Below, piece by piece: positions 39,907 to 51,905 of a stretch of DNA of 64,000 bases. Numbering within the stretch: position 1 is the stretch's first letter; each line of letters begins with the position of its first letter. This DNA is from Eledone cirrhosa. Lineage: Eukaryota. The notes under the pieces are model-generated. The model was not told the origin of the DNA. It did no database searches and worked only from the letters and a program-made list of their open reading frames with translations. The stretch is taken from the NCBI GenBank assembly GCA_964016885.1, contig OZ024741.1:301196001-301260000 (forward strand). The letters are read 5' to 3'. The position numbers and the translations under genes are program-made.

Positions 39907-40522
39907 AATAACAATAATAACAATATATAACTTATGAATAAACGGAACACTGGAAAATTTGAGATCTGGAAATGTGAGAATTCCAAACCGTAATAACATT
40001 TGATCTCTAAAAATAATAGCTGAAAGAATCGAGTGAAATAACCTTAGAGATGGAAAAGAGAGGACCTAAGCTTACCGTAAATTAAGCTCCGTATCTTTCA
40101 ATAATCGTTTGAGTGCGTTACGTTATGCTAATGGTTCGACTGATGCAACTTACCGTCTATAATAGACAGCTTTGCGTAACTGCCTAAGGCTTGAGCGTTC
40201 CGGGAAGTAAACAGCGTTTCATTAATACATAAGGTGTGCTTATATATGGCTATGCAGTAATTCCAAGCTGCTGAGAATAATGTCGTTTTTAAAGTTCTAC
40301 ATCATTTGTGTTATTCTTATGACAAATTTTGGTTTGTTGAAATATGAAATAAACATTGAAAATGACTTAGGGCAAAGACTTGCATTTTCAATAATAAAAA
40401 AACAATTAAGAAAGTTGTCTAATAGGTGCTTCCAATAATACCCGAGGATTGAAATAATAACAATACTTCGTTTTGGTAAGGGAATGTACAACACGAGGAA
40501 CCACATCAATATGTTATATATG

Positions 40523-40558
<36 letters not shown>

Positions 40559-40573
40559 CAGTATATATATATA

Positions 40574-40629
<56 letters not shown>

Positions 40630-40815
40630 TATATATATATGTGTGTGTGTGCTTCTGTATCTATGCATACATTAATAATTTGTTATGCTAAACAGCCGTG
40701 AGCTATATAGAATATTAAAATTGAATTATTTTGAAAATGTAAATAAAATGTCTAAAATATATGTATACTAAAAGCATTGGTATAGTACTAAATGTACACA
40801 TTTAATTCTCCGTCT

Positions 40816-40913
<98 letters not shown>

Positions 40914-41925
40914 ACATATTACACACGCGGGTGTGTGTATGTGTGTGTTTGTGTGTGTGTGTGCGTGCGGTTTTATGCTTATGTCTCCACGAGTGTTTAT
41001 TTGACATCAAAATCTGTAACACTTTTATAACCTCTCCGCTGTAACCTGGAGCTATTAATTTTGCAAAAACTACAAAGATATGTTTGTATTTTGAAATATA
41101 TTCAATAATTTACTTTGAGGTAAGCACGGTGTCAAGTAATTTGTCAGAACTCACTGACGTAGTAAGTCTTTTAACAATATCTAAAGGAAAGTGTTCATGA
41201 GACCATTATCAGATTCACCCCAATGATACAGAGTGTTTGAAGTGGGAATTAATTGCCGTTTTATACGAATGTTCGATAGCATGACGAAAAGCCCTCAATA
41301 TATCCAATGGCTTGAATTTTCCATATAGAACACTCAATGCGACACTGAACTACATCGGTCAATGTTATAAAAAATCATATTAATGTAATTAAAAATGTGA
41401 CTAGAAATATCTCCTTTATCTGTTGTTGAGAACGTTTATAACCTCTATTATAAATATCATAATGAGGTTAGGGTTGTAGAGCATTTAGAAATATTGTGTA
41501 CTACGAACGGAGAAGTAGGAAAAACACATACGTGTATTATTTGATATAATCCTCCATTTACTATGGAAGTAACCTAGTATAGCTAAGATCTGTCCAGTGT
41601 TGTTAACGAAGCGTTTCTCTTTAGAGAATAAGGAACATAATATGGCAGCAGAAATACGGTTGAATTATCTTATCCTATCAAACGAATCACCATGCATTAC
41701 ATAAATCATTTAACGTAGTTAATTTAATGAATATTAAGGATAATCATAAAAATATTACAAACTGCATCTGCAAAAATAGGTTTAACAGGTAAGAAATTCA
41801 AGATGAAAATATCATATGCATAGCTATTGCTTTTGTCATCCCGTAAGAAGAAACATTGAGGTTGAAAAAAATATCCAATATGTATTATATTGGAAAGCCT
41901 ATTTGATAAAGAGCAGACACTGTGC

Positions 41926-41975
<50 letters not shown>

Positions 41976-42098
41976 GTATGTATAGTATATTTGGCAATAT
42001 ACCGTATGTTTAATTAAAAACGTTTTGAATACCATACGCTATCGGTTTTAAAGTAGTGACTATGTCACTTACTTCTTTTCGGCGAAAGAAGGGAGAGA

Positions 42099-42139
42099 AG
42101 TTAACAGTCTGTTTCATGCTGTTGGCAATCATCAGAGCC
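42099..42139 (-). ncRNA. Type I hammerhead ribozyme (stem I partly decayed)
   Basis: Reverse complement: ggct CTGATGA t tgc caaca gca t GAAAC AGACT GTT aact, enclosed by ttttcggcgaaag/ctttcgccgaaaa. Confidence 0.7.
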
Positions 42140-42499
42140 ACGCACTCCCCGCTTTCGCCGAAAATTATAGAAGCTGGATTCTTTTAGAATTCCAGTAGTA
42201 ATCAGGAGCTGATTATACAGAGCGATTGTCGAATATATTTATATATATATAAATGCCGAAAATAAATAAGTGACATAGTCACTACTTTAAAACTGATAGC
42301 AAATGTTTTTAATTAATCATACGGTATATTGCCAAATATACTATACATACATTCATGTATACATCGGTATTTCAGAGCACCAATCCTAATACCTAATTTT
42401 TGCTGGACCGGCAATCGCTGTGTAATCAGCTCCTGATTATTACTGGAATTCTATAAGAATCTAGCTTCAATAATTCTCGGCAAAGGCAGGGGAGTGCGT

Positions 42500-42541
42500 G
42501 GTTTTGATAAACGCCAACCAGCGAGAAACAGACTGTCAGCC
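42500..42541 (+). ncRNA. Hammerhead remnant (core mutated to TTGATAA)
   Basis: ggtt TTGATAA acgc caacca gcga GAAAC AGACT GTC agcc, enclosed by cggcaaagg/cctttgccg. Confidence 0.6.
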
Positions 42542-42974
42542 TCTCTCACTACCTTTGCCGAAAATAAATAAGTAATTGACATAATCACTACGTTAAAACT
42601 GATAGCGAATTGTCTTCTAAATGTTTTTAATTAAACATATGGTATATTGCCAGATATACTATACATACAAACATATATATATATGTAGGAGGTGAGTTTT
42701 ATTATAGTACAATAAAGCAATGCAGATATCGGATAAGAAGCACTCTACAGTTTGTAGGACTGGAGTATACATAATATAAGATCAACAGATGGTTAAAGGA
42801 GTTCCATGTATTTTATTATGCGCATTTCAAAAACAAACATCATCATGCAATAATATTTGTGTTTTCATCAGATAAAACAGGATAACATGATATGAAGGCT
42901 AAAAAACACTTGTGGATAGTGCAGTTTTAAATCAACATATGAAAAGTGGTTTTAGATTGATGTGTGATATTGGG

Positions 42975-43400
42975 AAAAATATTTTATTTAGAGAGGGGGG
43001 GGAAGGATGAAAAAGGGGAGGAGATGAGAGGGAGAGATGGGTGATAGAGAGAAAGAGATAGTTTTTATAACTGAGAGAAGATATATTGTTTTACATAGAG
43101 AGGTTGAAAACCGTTGGAAGATAATGTATAAATTAAAAGAATTTGAAAATTAACGAAGGGAAAGATATGTACGAGGAAAAAAATATTTTATTTAGGGAGG
43201 GGGTGGAAAGGATGAAAAAAGGGGAGGAGATGAGAGTGAAGGTGGAGAGGGAGAGATGGGTGATAGAGAGAAAGAGATAGTTTTTATAACTGAGAAAAGA
43301 TATATTGTTTTACATAGAGAGGTTGAGAACCGTTGGAAGATAATGAATAAATTAAAAGAATTTGAAAATTAGCGAAGGGAAAAATATTTGCGAGGAAAGA
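42975..43400. repeat. Purine-rich direct duplication (~205-220 bp)
   Basis: aaaatattttatttag...gagagggagagatgggtgatagagagaaagagatag...aattaaaagaatttgaaaatta occurs twice. Confidence 0.85.
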
Positions 43401-43810
43401 GAGGGAGTTTATGTATGAAGATAGAGAGAAACAAAATAATAATTGTGGATGAATATTCTAACGTCAAAAAGGTGTATGTTGATAAGTATTGTGGCAATTA
43501 CAAAATTAACGAAGAGAAAAAATTATTAAGGTTTGTGTGTAGAAGGATTTGAGAAAAATAATGTGAAGTTAAAGTTTGTATATTGAAGGAATTGATAATA
43601 TGTGCGAAGAACGAGTTAATATGTATTAAGAATGAGTTCGTTGATGGGGAGAAAAAAATAATAAATTAAGGATGAAATTGAGATTAAAAAGTTTTATGAT
43701 ACAGAGAAAAAATAATAATAATTGCGGATGAATATTCTAACGTCAAAAAAACAAATGTATATGTTATGAAGGATTTTACAAGGTGAAGATAGAAAGAGGG
43801 TAATGAGTAA

Positions 43811-43861
43811 ACAAGTATTATAGAGTGTATTAAAGGGCATTATACACTCTATAATACTTGT
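43811..43861. repeat. Hairpin with 19-bp stem
   Basis: acaagtattatagagtgta pairs with tacactctataatacttgt. Confidence 0.9.
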
Positions 43862-43890
43862 CACCTTTTTGTTCAACACTGACACAGGAA

Positions 43891-43931
43891 CGATGTACTA
43901 GTTTCAAGCTTGTTAGCTATCATCAGCACCG
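43891..43931 (-). ncRNA. Minimal type I hammerhead ribozyme, same family as 22700/23142
   Basis: Reverse complement: cggtg CTGATGA t agct aaca agct t GAAAC TA GTA catcg. Stem I shows a U.G to G.U double change relative to the 22.7-kb copies. Confidence 0.88.
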
Positions 43932-44166
43932 TATACCCTTCTGCCAGATAGTTGAACGTTCGAAAGTATATACTTTCCTTATGAAAATTAACGGCTGAGC
44001 AGCCTAATTTGCATATCGAGTGAGTTAAGTCGGTCAGGCATACCGAAAACGATAAGTTGAACTAAAACGAAATTTCATTTCTCACTCTTAGTACGGCACT
44101 TACTTAAATGTAAGTATGTGTGTATACGTACATATATATATATATGTATACAGACGTACAGTAGCA

Positions 44167-44208
<42 letters not shown>

Positions 44209-44227
44209 CAGGTACACATACATATAT

Positions 44228-44900
44228 GAGATGGAGAAGAAGCTCAGGGACAACCAGAACGGCTTCAGAGAGGGACGATCAACTACCAATCACATCCTGA
44301 TGCTGAGGAGGATATTGGATGGAGCTAGAGCAAAGTGCCTTCCTGCGGTCATGGCTTTCATTGAATTTAGGAAGGCCTTTGATTCTGTGGACCGTCACTG
44401 TCTGATGAAGATCTTACAGGCTTATGGAATCCCCAAGAAGATAGTGGACCTGATATCACTGCTCTACACCAACACCAAAGCCCAAGTGATTATACCTGAT
44501 GGGATGACAGAATTCTTTGAGATACTGGCTGGAGTGCTCCAGGGAGATACATTGGCTCCCTACCTTTTTATCATCGAAGTGGACTATTGTATGCGCCTTG
44601 CGTTGGAGGAACACCAGGACTCTGGCTTTACTGTAGCACCGGCTCCGAGCAGGAGAGTTAAGGCGAAAAAGATATCGGATGCTGAATTTTCCGACGACAT
44701 AGTTTTGGTGACAAATACAGTGAAGGAGGAAGAGGACTTGATGCAGGAGGTTGAGACTGTGTCGATGAGTGTGGGGCTGAGAATGAATGAGACTAAAACA
44801 AAATATCTGGTAGAGAATGTTGAGAAGCCAGAAGAGATTACTAATATAGGCGGGAAGCCGCTAGAATTGGTTGAGGATTCTTGTATTTGGGAGCAAATTT
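44228..44900 (+). mobile_element. RTE-clade LINE RT fragment
   Basis: NQNGFREGRST, FIEFRKAFDSV, AYGIPKKIV, GVLQGDTLAPYLF, EFSDDI, GLRMNETKTK. Confidence 0.88.
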
Positions 44901-44907
44901 GGTATCA

Positions 44908-45525
44908 CGGCCATTGCCAATATAGGTTTGTTATTTTTATTGATTTATTATTTTAAATCGAGACAGGCAAACCATATTATGTTAAATTAGTATTTTTCAA
45001 CCTAGCTAACTTGGTCATTTGCAATTCGAAAACATGTATAATTGTATAGGTGTTCATCCCTCATATATTCATTTGTATTACACGGCTCGGAAATATTCCC
45101 TTCTTTCAGCTATTTAATTGTAAAAGACTATTTCGAGTTTATAACTCAATATTTGATATTCACGGCTCCATACGTTGAGCTAATTTTAGTCCCATAAAAC
45201 CGACTGCTGTTTTTAGCGGCACGAGTATGAGTCGAGTTAGGCGCTGGGACACATGTGCGTTCAACAACACGTATTTCTCAGTCTTCTTAAGTATTTTGAA
45301 GTGAAAGATACGAATTTTCCTGGATACCCGCAGAAGAGCACATGAATAGTAACTTTCATTTAATTGTTGCGAAACAAATTTAGAATTTGTCCGGCCATTA
45401 CCAATATAGCTTTGTTATTTTTATTGATTTATTATTTTAAATCGAGACAGGCAAACCATATTATGTTAAATTACTATTTTTCAACCTAGATAATTGTATA
45501 GGTGTTCATCCCTCATATATTCATT

Positions 45526-45528
<3 letters not shown>
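44908..45528 (+). mobile_element. Partial tandem of a 484-bp hammerhead-bearing unit
   Basis: 44908-45078 (cggccattgccaatatag...ttcatttgtat) is repeated at 45392-45528, which then runs into (TA)n. Confidence 0.8.
45328..45394 (+). ncRNA. Type I hammerhead with extended stem II (core U4>A)
   Basis: ccg CAGAAGA gca c atgaa tagtaact ttcat ttaattgt tgc GAAAC aaatt tag aattt GTC cgg. Confidence 0.72.
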
Positions 45529-45612
<84 letters not shown>

Positions 45613-45615
<3 letters not shown>

Positions 45616-45950
45616 TATATAAGGGGAAATCCGTCTTCTGGATTGTGTATTGAAGAAAGAATAAATATTCTAAGGGGATTACGCAATAACGATTCCCTAA
45701 ATTCAAGATATGAAATCTTCTCACGTGGTCCACATGTCTGGAAACGCCTCTTGCATAACTACAAAGCTCCGGATTGAATAACAACAACATTCTAATTTTC
45801 TAATCAACTCGCAGTTATCTCCCTTACACCTTTCGCCCGTGGTTTTGTATCGCCTGGGTAAAGTAACTGTTTCTGCGCAAGCGCGTTCATGCGGTTGTTC
45901 TTCCTGTTCCGTATAAGGTGAAATAATTGTTCTCGGTATGGTGAACTAAC
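45613..45950 (+). mobile_element. Penelope-like 3' fragment (family of 3060-3494), hammerhead 5' half deleted
   Basis: RGNPSSGLCIEERINILRGLRNNDSLNSRYEIFSRGPHVWKRLLHNYKAPD*, then a pseudo-LTR lacking the CTGAGGA block. Confidence 0.8.
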
Positions 45951-46049
45951 ACTTGTCTATGTAATAAAACTGGCTATTTGAAAGAGACAGAAGTGACAGA
46001 AATTGGGAAATGGAGATAAGGTAATAGGTTCTAATCCTGGCTTAGCTAG

Positions 46050-47500
46050 GGTTATAATTAGAAAAGGATTTTAGGTATTTGTACTTACAGATGAATAACC
46101 TATCATCTCAGTAATTTCTTTCCTGTCAAGATTTCTAGAATTTCCATCGCGCAGATATCACAATCCTTTTATTTCGCGTTGGGAGGAGTGGGTGAATTGT
46201 AAAATGGACCACCACAGATTGTATTTTATCTGTTTTCATTTTTTAATTTCCATATTCTCCAAGACAGAGTGGTGGGTGTTCGAAGCTCTGGACTTTTAAA
46301 CGAATAGGTCTGTACATACAATCTTTTCTTTAAAACGTATGATGTTGACCCCACATATCTAAATATCCCGTGGCTTGTAACACCGCACTGCTACACAATG
46401 TTTTTACCCATGCATTTACCCTATATTGGCAAACTGTCGGGTTCTCTACAGTAACAATGTTCCAGTGCATGGCGATTAAAATCGGGGGGGGGGGGGCTCG
46501 TTAAGCGTAGATGTGTTGGTGGGCTGCAATACGATTACCCGCTTGCTGTTGTTGTTTTGGTGTGGTACACTGGGTTGAGAGGATGTTGAAGATAAGGACA
46601 GGTTATAATCTCGAATTGGGGTTTGATTACTGCTATTGTGTTTTCGGAGGCGCTTATTGTTTAGTCCCGCAATATAACTTTCAAGTTTGTTGTATTTGAT
46701 TATGATATTTTGACTGTATTCCTGTTAGAAATGTTGTGACATATATGTGATATTCTTATCTAGTATTTTGAAGAATATATAAAGTAATTTAGACTTAACT
46801 AAAATGTTATGTGGAGGATTATACCATAGGTATTATTTGCTTCGAAATCATCCAGGCATTTTACCAGCCAGGAAGGGTTTCGAGATTCATATGTTGTTCC
46901 AAACTGTATATTTTCCGAATTGTAGGTTATGGGATTGGTGTTTCTACTCGATTTACGATGGTTTGTTCGTCCTGCTTGATCGAGGGTGTTTCGTAAATTG
47001 GTAATGATGTTGTTGAACGTACCTAATATTAGGAATAACGTTTATTCCTTCCTTGTAACCAGCCTTCCGTAGTGCCGCATATAATCCGCATCTACATTAA
47101 ATGTATCTATGGAAGCAGAAAAATCTGAAGATCCTAAGTGATACACCTTTGGTAATGGAATTTATTATGGATTTAGAGTGATTGGAATATCGGCTAATAT
47201 ATGTTAGATGTTCATTAATTTTATGGTAAGGTTCAAACAGGTTAAAATTGAGACTGAGAGTAACCTCTCGCTTCAGATATTCTCTGAAGATTTGTGATGG
47301 AATTATTGTGATGGAATGATTGGAAACATAAATATCTCTAAACAACCCTCGTAAAGGCTGACGTAAATCGATGATGAAACATGTGTTAAAATTCATAATT
47401 ACATAAGTTTTTCTAATAACAGATTGTCTGTTTTTATACATACCCCTGTGGATTATTTGAACCTGTGAAATACCTGTGGATTAGCTGCTTCTTCATTCAC
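46050..47500 (-). mobile_element. Degenerate Penelope-like element (RT thumb to GIY-YIG)
   Basis: Minus strand: LNFNLFEPYHKINEHLTYISRYSNHSKSIINSI and CMGKNIV*QC...RYVGSTSYVLKERL (GIY-YIG motif). Confidence 0.75.
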
Positions 47501-47584
47501 AGTTGCATGATCACAACACAAATTTAGTTTTACCAACGAAACGTGAAAACTACTTTATCTTTTATACACACACACACACACATA

Positions 47585-47646
<62 letters not shown>

Positions 47647-47675
47647 CACACACACACATAAATATATATATATAT

Positions 47676-48225
47676 ATGCAGAGGTTTTTCAAAATCCATT
47701 ATTTATTTTATTATATAAAATAATTTATAACTGATATAAATCACTCAACAGTTTAGTGGAGTAAATACACAATATTTTTTTTAATCAGTTATAATTTAAA
47801 GCGCTCAACAATAAAGGAGCTAAAAATATGCAGAGGTTTTTCAAAATCCATTATTTATTTTATTATATAAAAAAATGTATAACTGATATAAAGCACTCAA
47901 CAATTTAGTGGGGTAAATACACAATATATTTTTTAATCAATTATAATTTAAAGCGCTCAACAATAAAGGAGCTAAACATTTTATATAATAAAATAAATAA
48001 TGGAATTTAAAAAACCTCTGGATATTTTTAGCTTCTTTATTGTTGAGCGCTTTAAATTATAACTGATTAAAAAATATATTGTGTATTTACTCCACAAATT
48101 GTCGAGTGTTTTATATCAGTTATAAAAATGTTTATATAATAAAATAAATAATGGAATTTGAAAAACCTCTGCATATTTTTAACTCCTTTATTGTTGAGCG
48201 CTTTAAATCATAACTGATTAAAAGA
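47676..48225. repeat. 152-bp unit, two direct copies followed by ~1.6 inverted copies
   Basis: gcagaggtttttcaaaatcc at 47678 and 47830; the reverse complement runs from 47978 to 48225. Bounded by (CA)n/(TA)n. Confidence 0.9.
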
Positions 48226-48339
48226 TATATATATTAACTGATTAAAAGATATATATATTAAAAGATATATATATATATATATATTTTATAATTCCCATTA
48301 AAAGATATATATATATATATATAGATATATATTATAATT

Positions 48340-48993
48340 CCCATTGCAGAAACTAATTAGTTGGAGTGAAAATTTAAGTAAGTAAGTTAATTTTAAAAAA
48401 AAAATTTTTTTTTTTTATTTTCTTATTTTACGTCTTTTATATTATTGTTCTGCATTCTCCTGCATTGAACCACCTAGGTACTATGACATAACCTGTGTAT
48501 TTGCTGGCATTAGTGTACATCCGTGCGCTTATGTTAGTAGATATATTAAATTATCTATATTTATCTCCAAATCACTGATTTGTCGAGCAAACCTGCCAAA
48601 ACCACTTCTAAATTTTTTTTGGGGGTGTTAGTAGGCGCCTGTCATCTTACCATCCCATTCCTACTGACTAGCCTCTGTGTCACGTGATTGATTCTTTAGA
48701 ATCGGCCATATGATCAGTGGCAGTGAGAATTTTCAGTAGCTGGAATCCAGTCCTCGATAGCTGTTCCATTTACCGAATTATTATTATTTTTATATGAGTC
48801 CCCAGTGTCCGCGCATCGCCTGGAGACTCGGCTGAGAATGACCTCCCTGATGACGCAATAAAATTCTCAACAGTTCATTACGTAACTGTCTTTATCCCAT
48901 TGCAGAAACTAATTAGTTGGAGTGAAAATTTAAGTAAGTTAATTTTTAAGAAAAAATTTATTTATTTTTTTTAATTTTCTTATTTACGTCTTT

Positions 48994-48998
<5 letters not shown>
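48340..48998 (+). mobile_element. Partial tandem of a ~556-bp hammerhead-bearing unit
   Basis: cccattgcagaaactaattagttggagtg...ttacgtcttt occurs at 48340-48442 and 48896-48998; (TA)n on both sides. Confidence 0.8.
48843..48922 (+). ncRNA. Type I hammerhead with long stem II insertion, core intact
   Basis: ctcc CTGATGA c gcaat...(acagtt/aactgt hairpin)...attgc a GAAAC TAATTA GTT ggag. Stem III is the palindrome ACTAATTAGT. Confidence 0.85.
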
Positions 48999-49062
<64 letters not shown>

Positions 49063-49079
49063 GGAGAGAGAGAGATTAC

Positions 49080-49690
49080 TTAGACATAAATTTGATCTTC
49101 GCAGACATACCTTTAGACCCTTCCATAAACTATATGTAAAACTAAATTACATACACAAATACTCATGCCGCCCACCTGCAGTTTACAGAAACTTCGTGAA
49201 AAATATCGGCACTAGAATCTCTAACCACTCTTCTAATAAAACAATCTTTGACAGAGCAGCACCCTATTACAACGTGGTGTTAGCTAACATCAGTTTCACA
49301 CAATCAATTGCTTACTCACCCCCCAACGCCAACGACAATAGGAAAAGAAATCGTGCTAATAGAAAAATAATTTGGTACCCCCGCCCTTTTCACTCAACGT
49401 TAAAACAAGTGCAGGTAAAAGAATAGACACTTCCCCATAAGTCATAAATACCGCTCCATCTTTAACAAACGCAGGATAAAACTAGGATGCTTCTTTGCTA
49501 AGAATAGGAAGGCCCACATCACCAACAACCCTAAGAGAAGAACCCCACCAGGACACTCTTGCCTAAGACCTTAAGCTTGTCCCCTTCAACAACTTAACAC
49601 ACCCGCTGTAATTTATGAAGCTGTGTTCACTTCTAACTGACCAAATCAAAAACAAATGGTCAAATCCTATGCCGACAAAATGTTGGCCCA
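49080..49690 (+). mobile_element. Degenerate Penelope-like fragment
   Basis: VKNIGTRISNHSSNKTIFDRAAPYYNVVL...RKRNRANRKIIWY, the PLE RT-to-endonuclease linker. Confidence 0.75.
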
Positions 49691-50100
49691 TTTACGTAGG
49701 CGGCAGATCTTTCCAAAATACGCCATTTGATGGAAAAGGGCGTGCCATTGTTCTTTAGGCCACATACGTGGTTTGCGAGCTGGGTGGTATGTTTTTAATC
49801 AGGATATCTGAATGTTGTTTCGTGATTAAGAAACCGGCTTTTAAACGGGGTGTCGGGTATACTAACATAGGTCCAGGCTTCAGTTTGGTGGTTCTGGTTG
49901 GTGGAGTTAACTTCTGCTTGGTATATCACTGCCGGGGGTGTTGCACTGTTGGTCTAGTGGACATGTAATTCCGAAAAATGGTGGATACTCTCACAATTAG
50001 CTTCGGATAAGCACTTTCTCAACACACGACTTGATTGCTTTGGCGGTTGTCCCCATGTGACGAAATATATTTTGTATAAATGGCTTAGGCCTGACTAACA
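49690..50100 (-). mobile_element. Degenerate Penelope GIY-YIG fragment
   Basis: Minus strand: VIYQAEV...TYVSIPDTPFKSRFLNH...TTQLANHVCGLKNNGTPFSIKWRILERSAAY. Confidence 0.75.
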
Positions 50101-50382
50101 GGTCCAGAAGTATCTTTTGATTTACTGACTATATTCTAATTCAATGAAATTGAATCTTTGGAGTCAACTAGAAGAAATTATTCTGCTTCTAGTTTCATTC
50201 AAAATTGACTGTGGTCTCTCAAGAGTTACCTTCCTTGATCTTACCCTATTTCTTTTAAAATAACCCCTTTTTCTATAATTTTTCATAAATTACCTGCCCC
50301 TGCCTTAAACTCTTTTATTGTATTCCTATAGGGAAAGCACAATCAACCCTAGGCGGTCATCTTTGTTTTTATTTTTCTCATG

Positions 50383-50432
50383 ACAGGCTGAACGAATTGG
50401 GGCCTAAACCCCAACGAAATTTGAGTACCTGT
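50383..50432 (+). ncRNA. Type I hammerhead variant (CUGAACGA core)
   Basis: acagg CTGAACGA a ttgggg cctaaa ccccaa c GAAA t ttga GTA cctgt: 5-bp stem I, 6-bp stem II, followed by (TA)n. Confidence 0.75.
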
Positions 50433-50472
50433 TTAAGTCACTGTTGTAATTATATATATATATGAGTGTGTG

Positions 50473-50565
<93 letters not shown>

Positions 50566-51218
50566 CGTGCGTCTGTGTAGGTGCGTATACTTCTCTGACA
50601 TACATATGTAACCGATCATATATGTGCATCTGTGTCCTTATCTAGGTATGAATGTATGTTTATATTTGTGTTCATATACATATATATAGGTATGCATGTA
50701 AGTATGCCTATGCATGACCGGAAATGGAGTAATGCATAACTATTCCCGCACTTGAATCGTATAATAAAACCATTTCCTTGTTACACCACGTTTGTATGAA
50801 TAAAATATACTTTTCACTTACAATCCCGAATTAAAATGATTTTTCTTACATGATAAACTACTTCGGGAAACTATCTTTAACGATAATTGTTATAACTATC
50901 ACAATACTCTATTCATTTGTATAAAAGGAAACCTATTTATTAATCCACAGCCACTTACACAGCCCATATATTCACAGAAGAGTGATGAAATATCCGGATT
51001 TTTCATATCCGTTCCACTTCCAGAATCGAATGCAAATATTCTCTGTATAATTCTGAATATTTCATAAAATTTTCTTTATATTCTTTTCTTATCTAAGATT
51101 AAGTATAAATGTCTTCCAAACTTCTTCCTTCGGAAACCTGTTGACGTTGTCCGACCCCACTCCCACCCCCGAAAAAACCTATTCACTTCATGTTTTCAGC
51201 TTTTTGCAAGCCATTTAT

Positions 51219-51260
<42 letters not shown>

Positions 51261-51855
51261 GGGGGGGGGGGATTTATGTGTTTGTGTGTAGGCGAATAGT
51301 AAATGGAAAATACAACGCAACCAATACAATGCAATTTCTATACACTGTTTTTTTTTTATTATATGCTTTAATATCTTATTATATTATTATACTACTTTGC
51401 TATTATTACTTTCTATATCTCACTTCACGGCATTGGATTGTATATAATACACCGCAGAGTACATTCCATATATAATTACATCGTAATAGGATGATAGGGC
51501 TCGGCCATGGAAATATGTATAGTGCTTTCGCGGAAATAAAATTCTGAAGTAAATTTTCCAGTCCGGCCTTCTCTTGTTGTTTTAATGAATACTTAACTCA
51601 GTTCTTGCACCAACCACTGGATACCACATTTACGATAGATGATTTTCATAAGGTTAGTGCTTTAATTGATTAGTTGCATAATCGTTTACCAACCCAAAGC
51701 ACCAGTTCTACATATTGGTACATTGTTAAACAGCCTAACATAAATTATATATATATTTTTTTTTTTCGAATATTAATAACATTCGATTCGTTTGCAATTA
51801 TGAAAACAAGCCTCAATTTTATAGCCATGTCAGCTCTTGTGTTGGCATGTGATCA

Positions 51856-51905
51856 GAACTGCAGACACTAATGTTTCTGGGTATCAACCTTCATCAGTAC
51901 AGCTC
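51856..51905 (-). ncRNA. Type I hammerhead ribozyme, core intact
   Basis: Reverse complement: gagctgta CTGATGA aggttgataccca GAAAC a ttag t GTC tgcagttc: 8-bp stem I, 3-bp stem III. Confidence 0.85.

Larger units (their letters stand above)
41975..42670. mobile_element. PLE pseudo-LTR-like cluster: minus copy 41975-42232, partial 42255-42350, plus copy 42410-42670
   Basis: Mutually inverted ~260-bp copies bounded by (TA)n; each long copy carries a hammerhead remnant. Confidence 0.8.
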
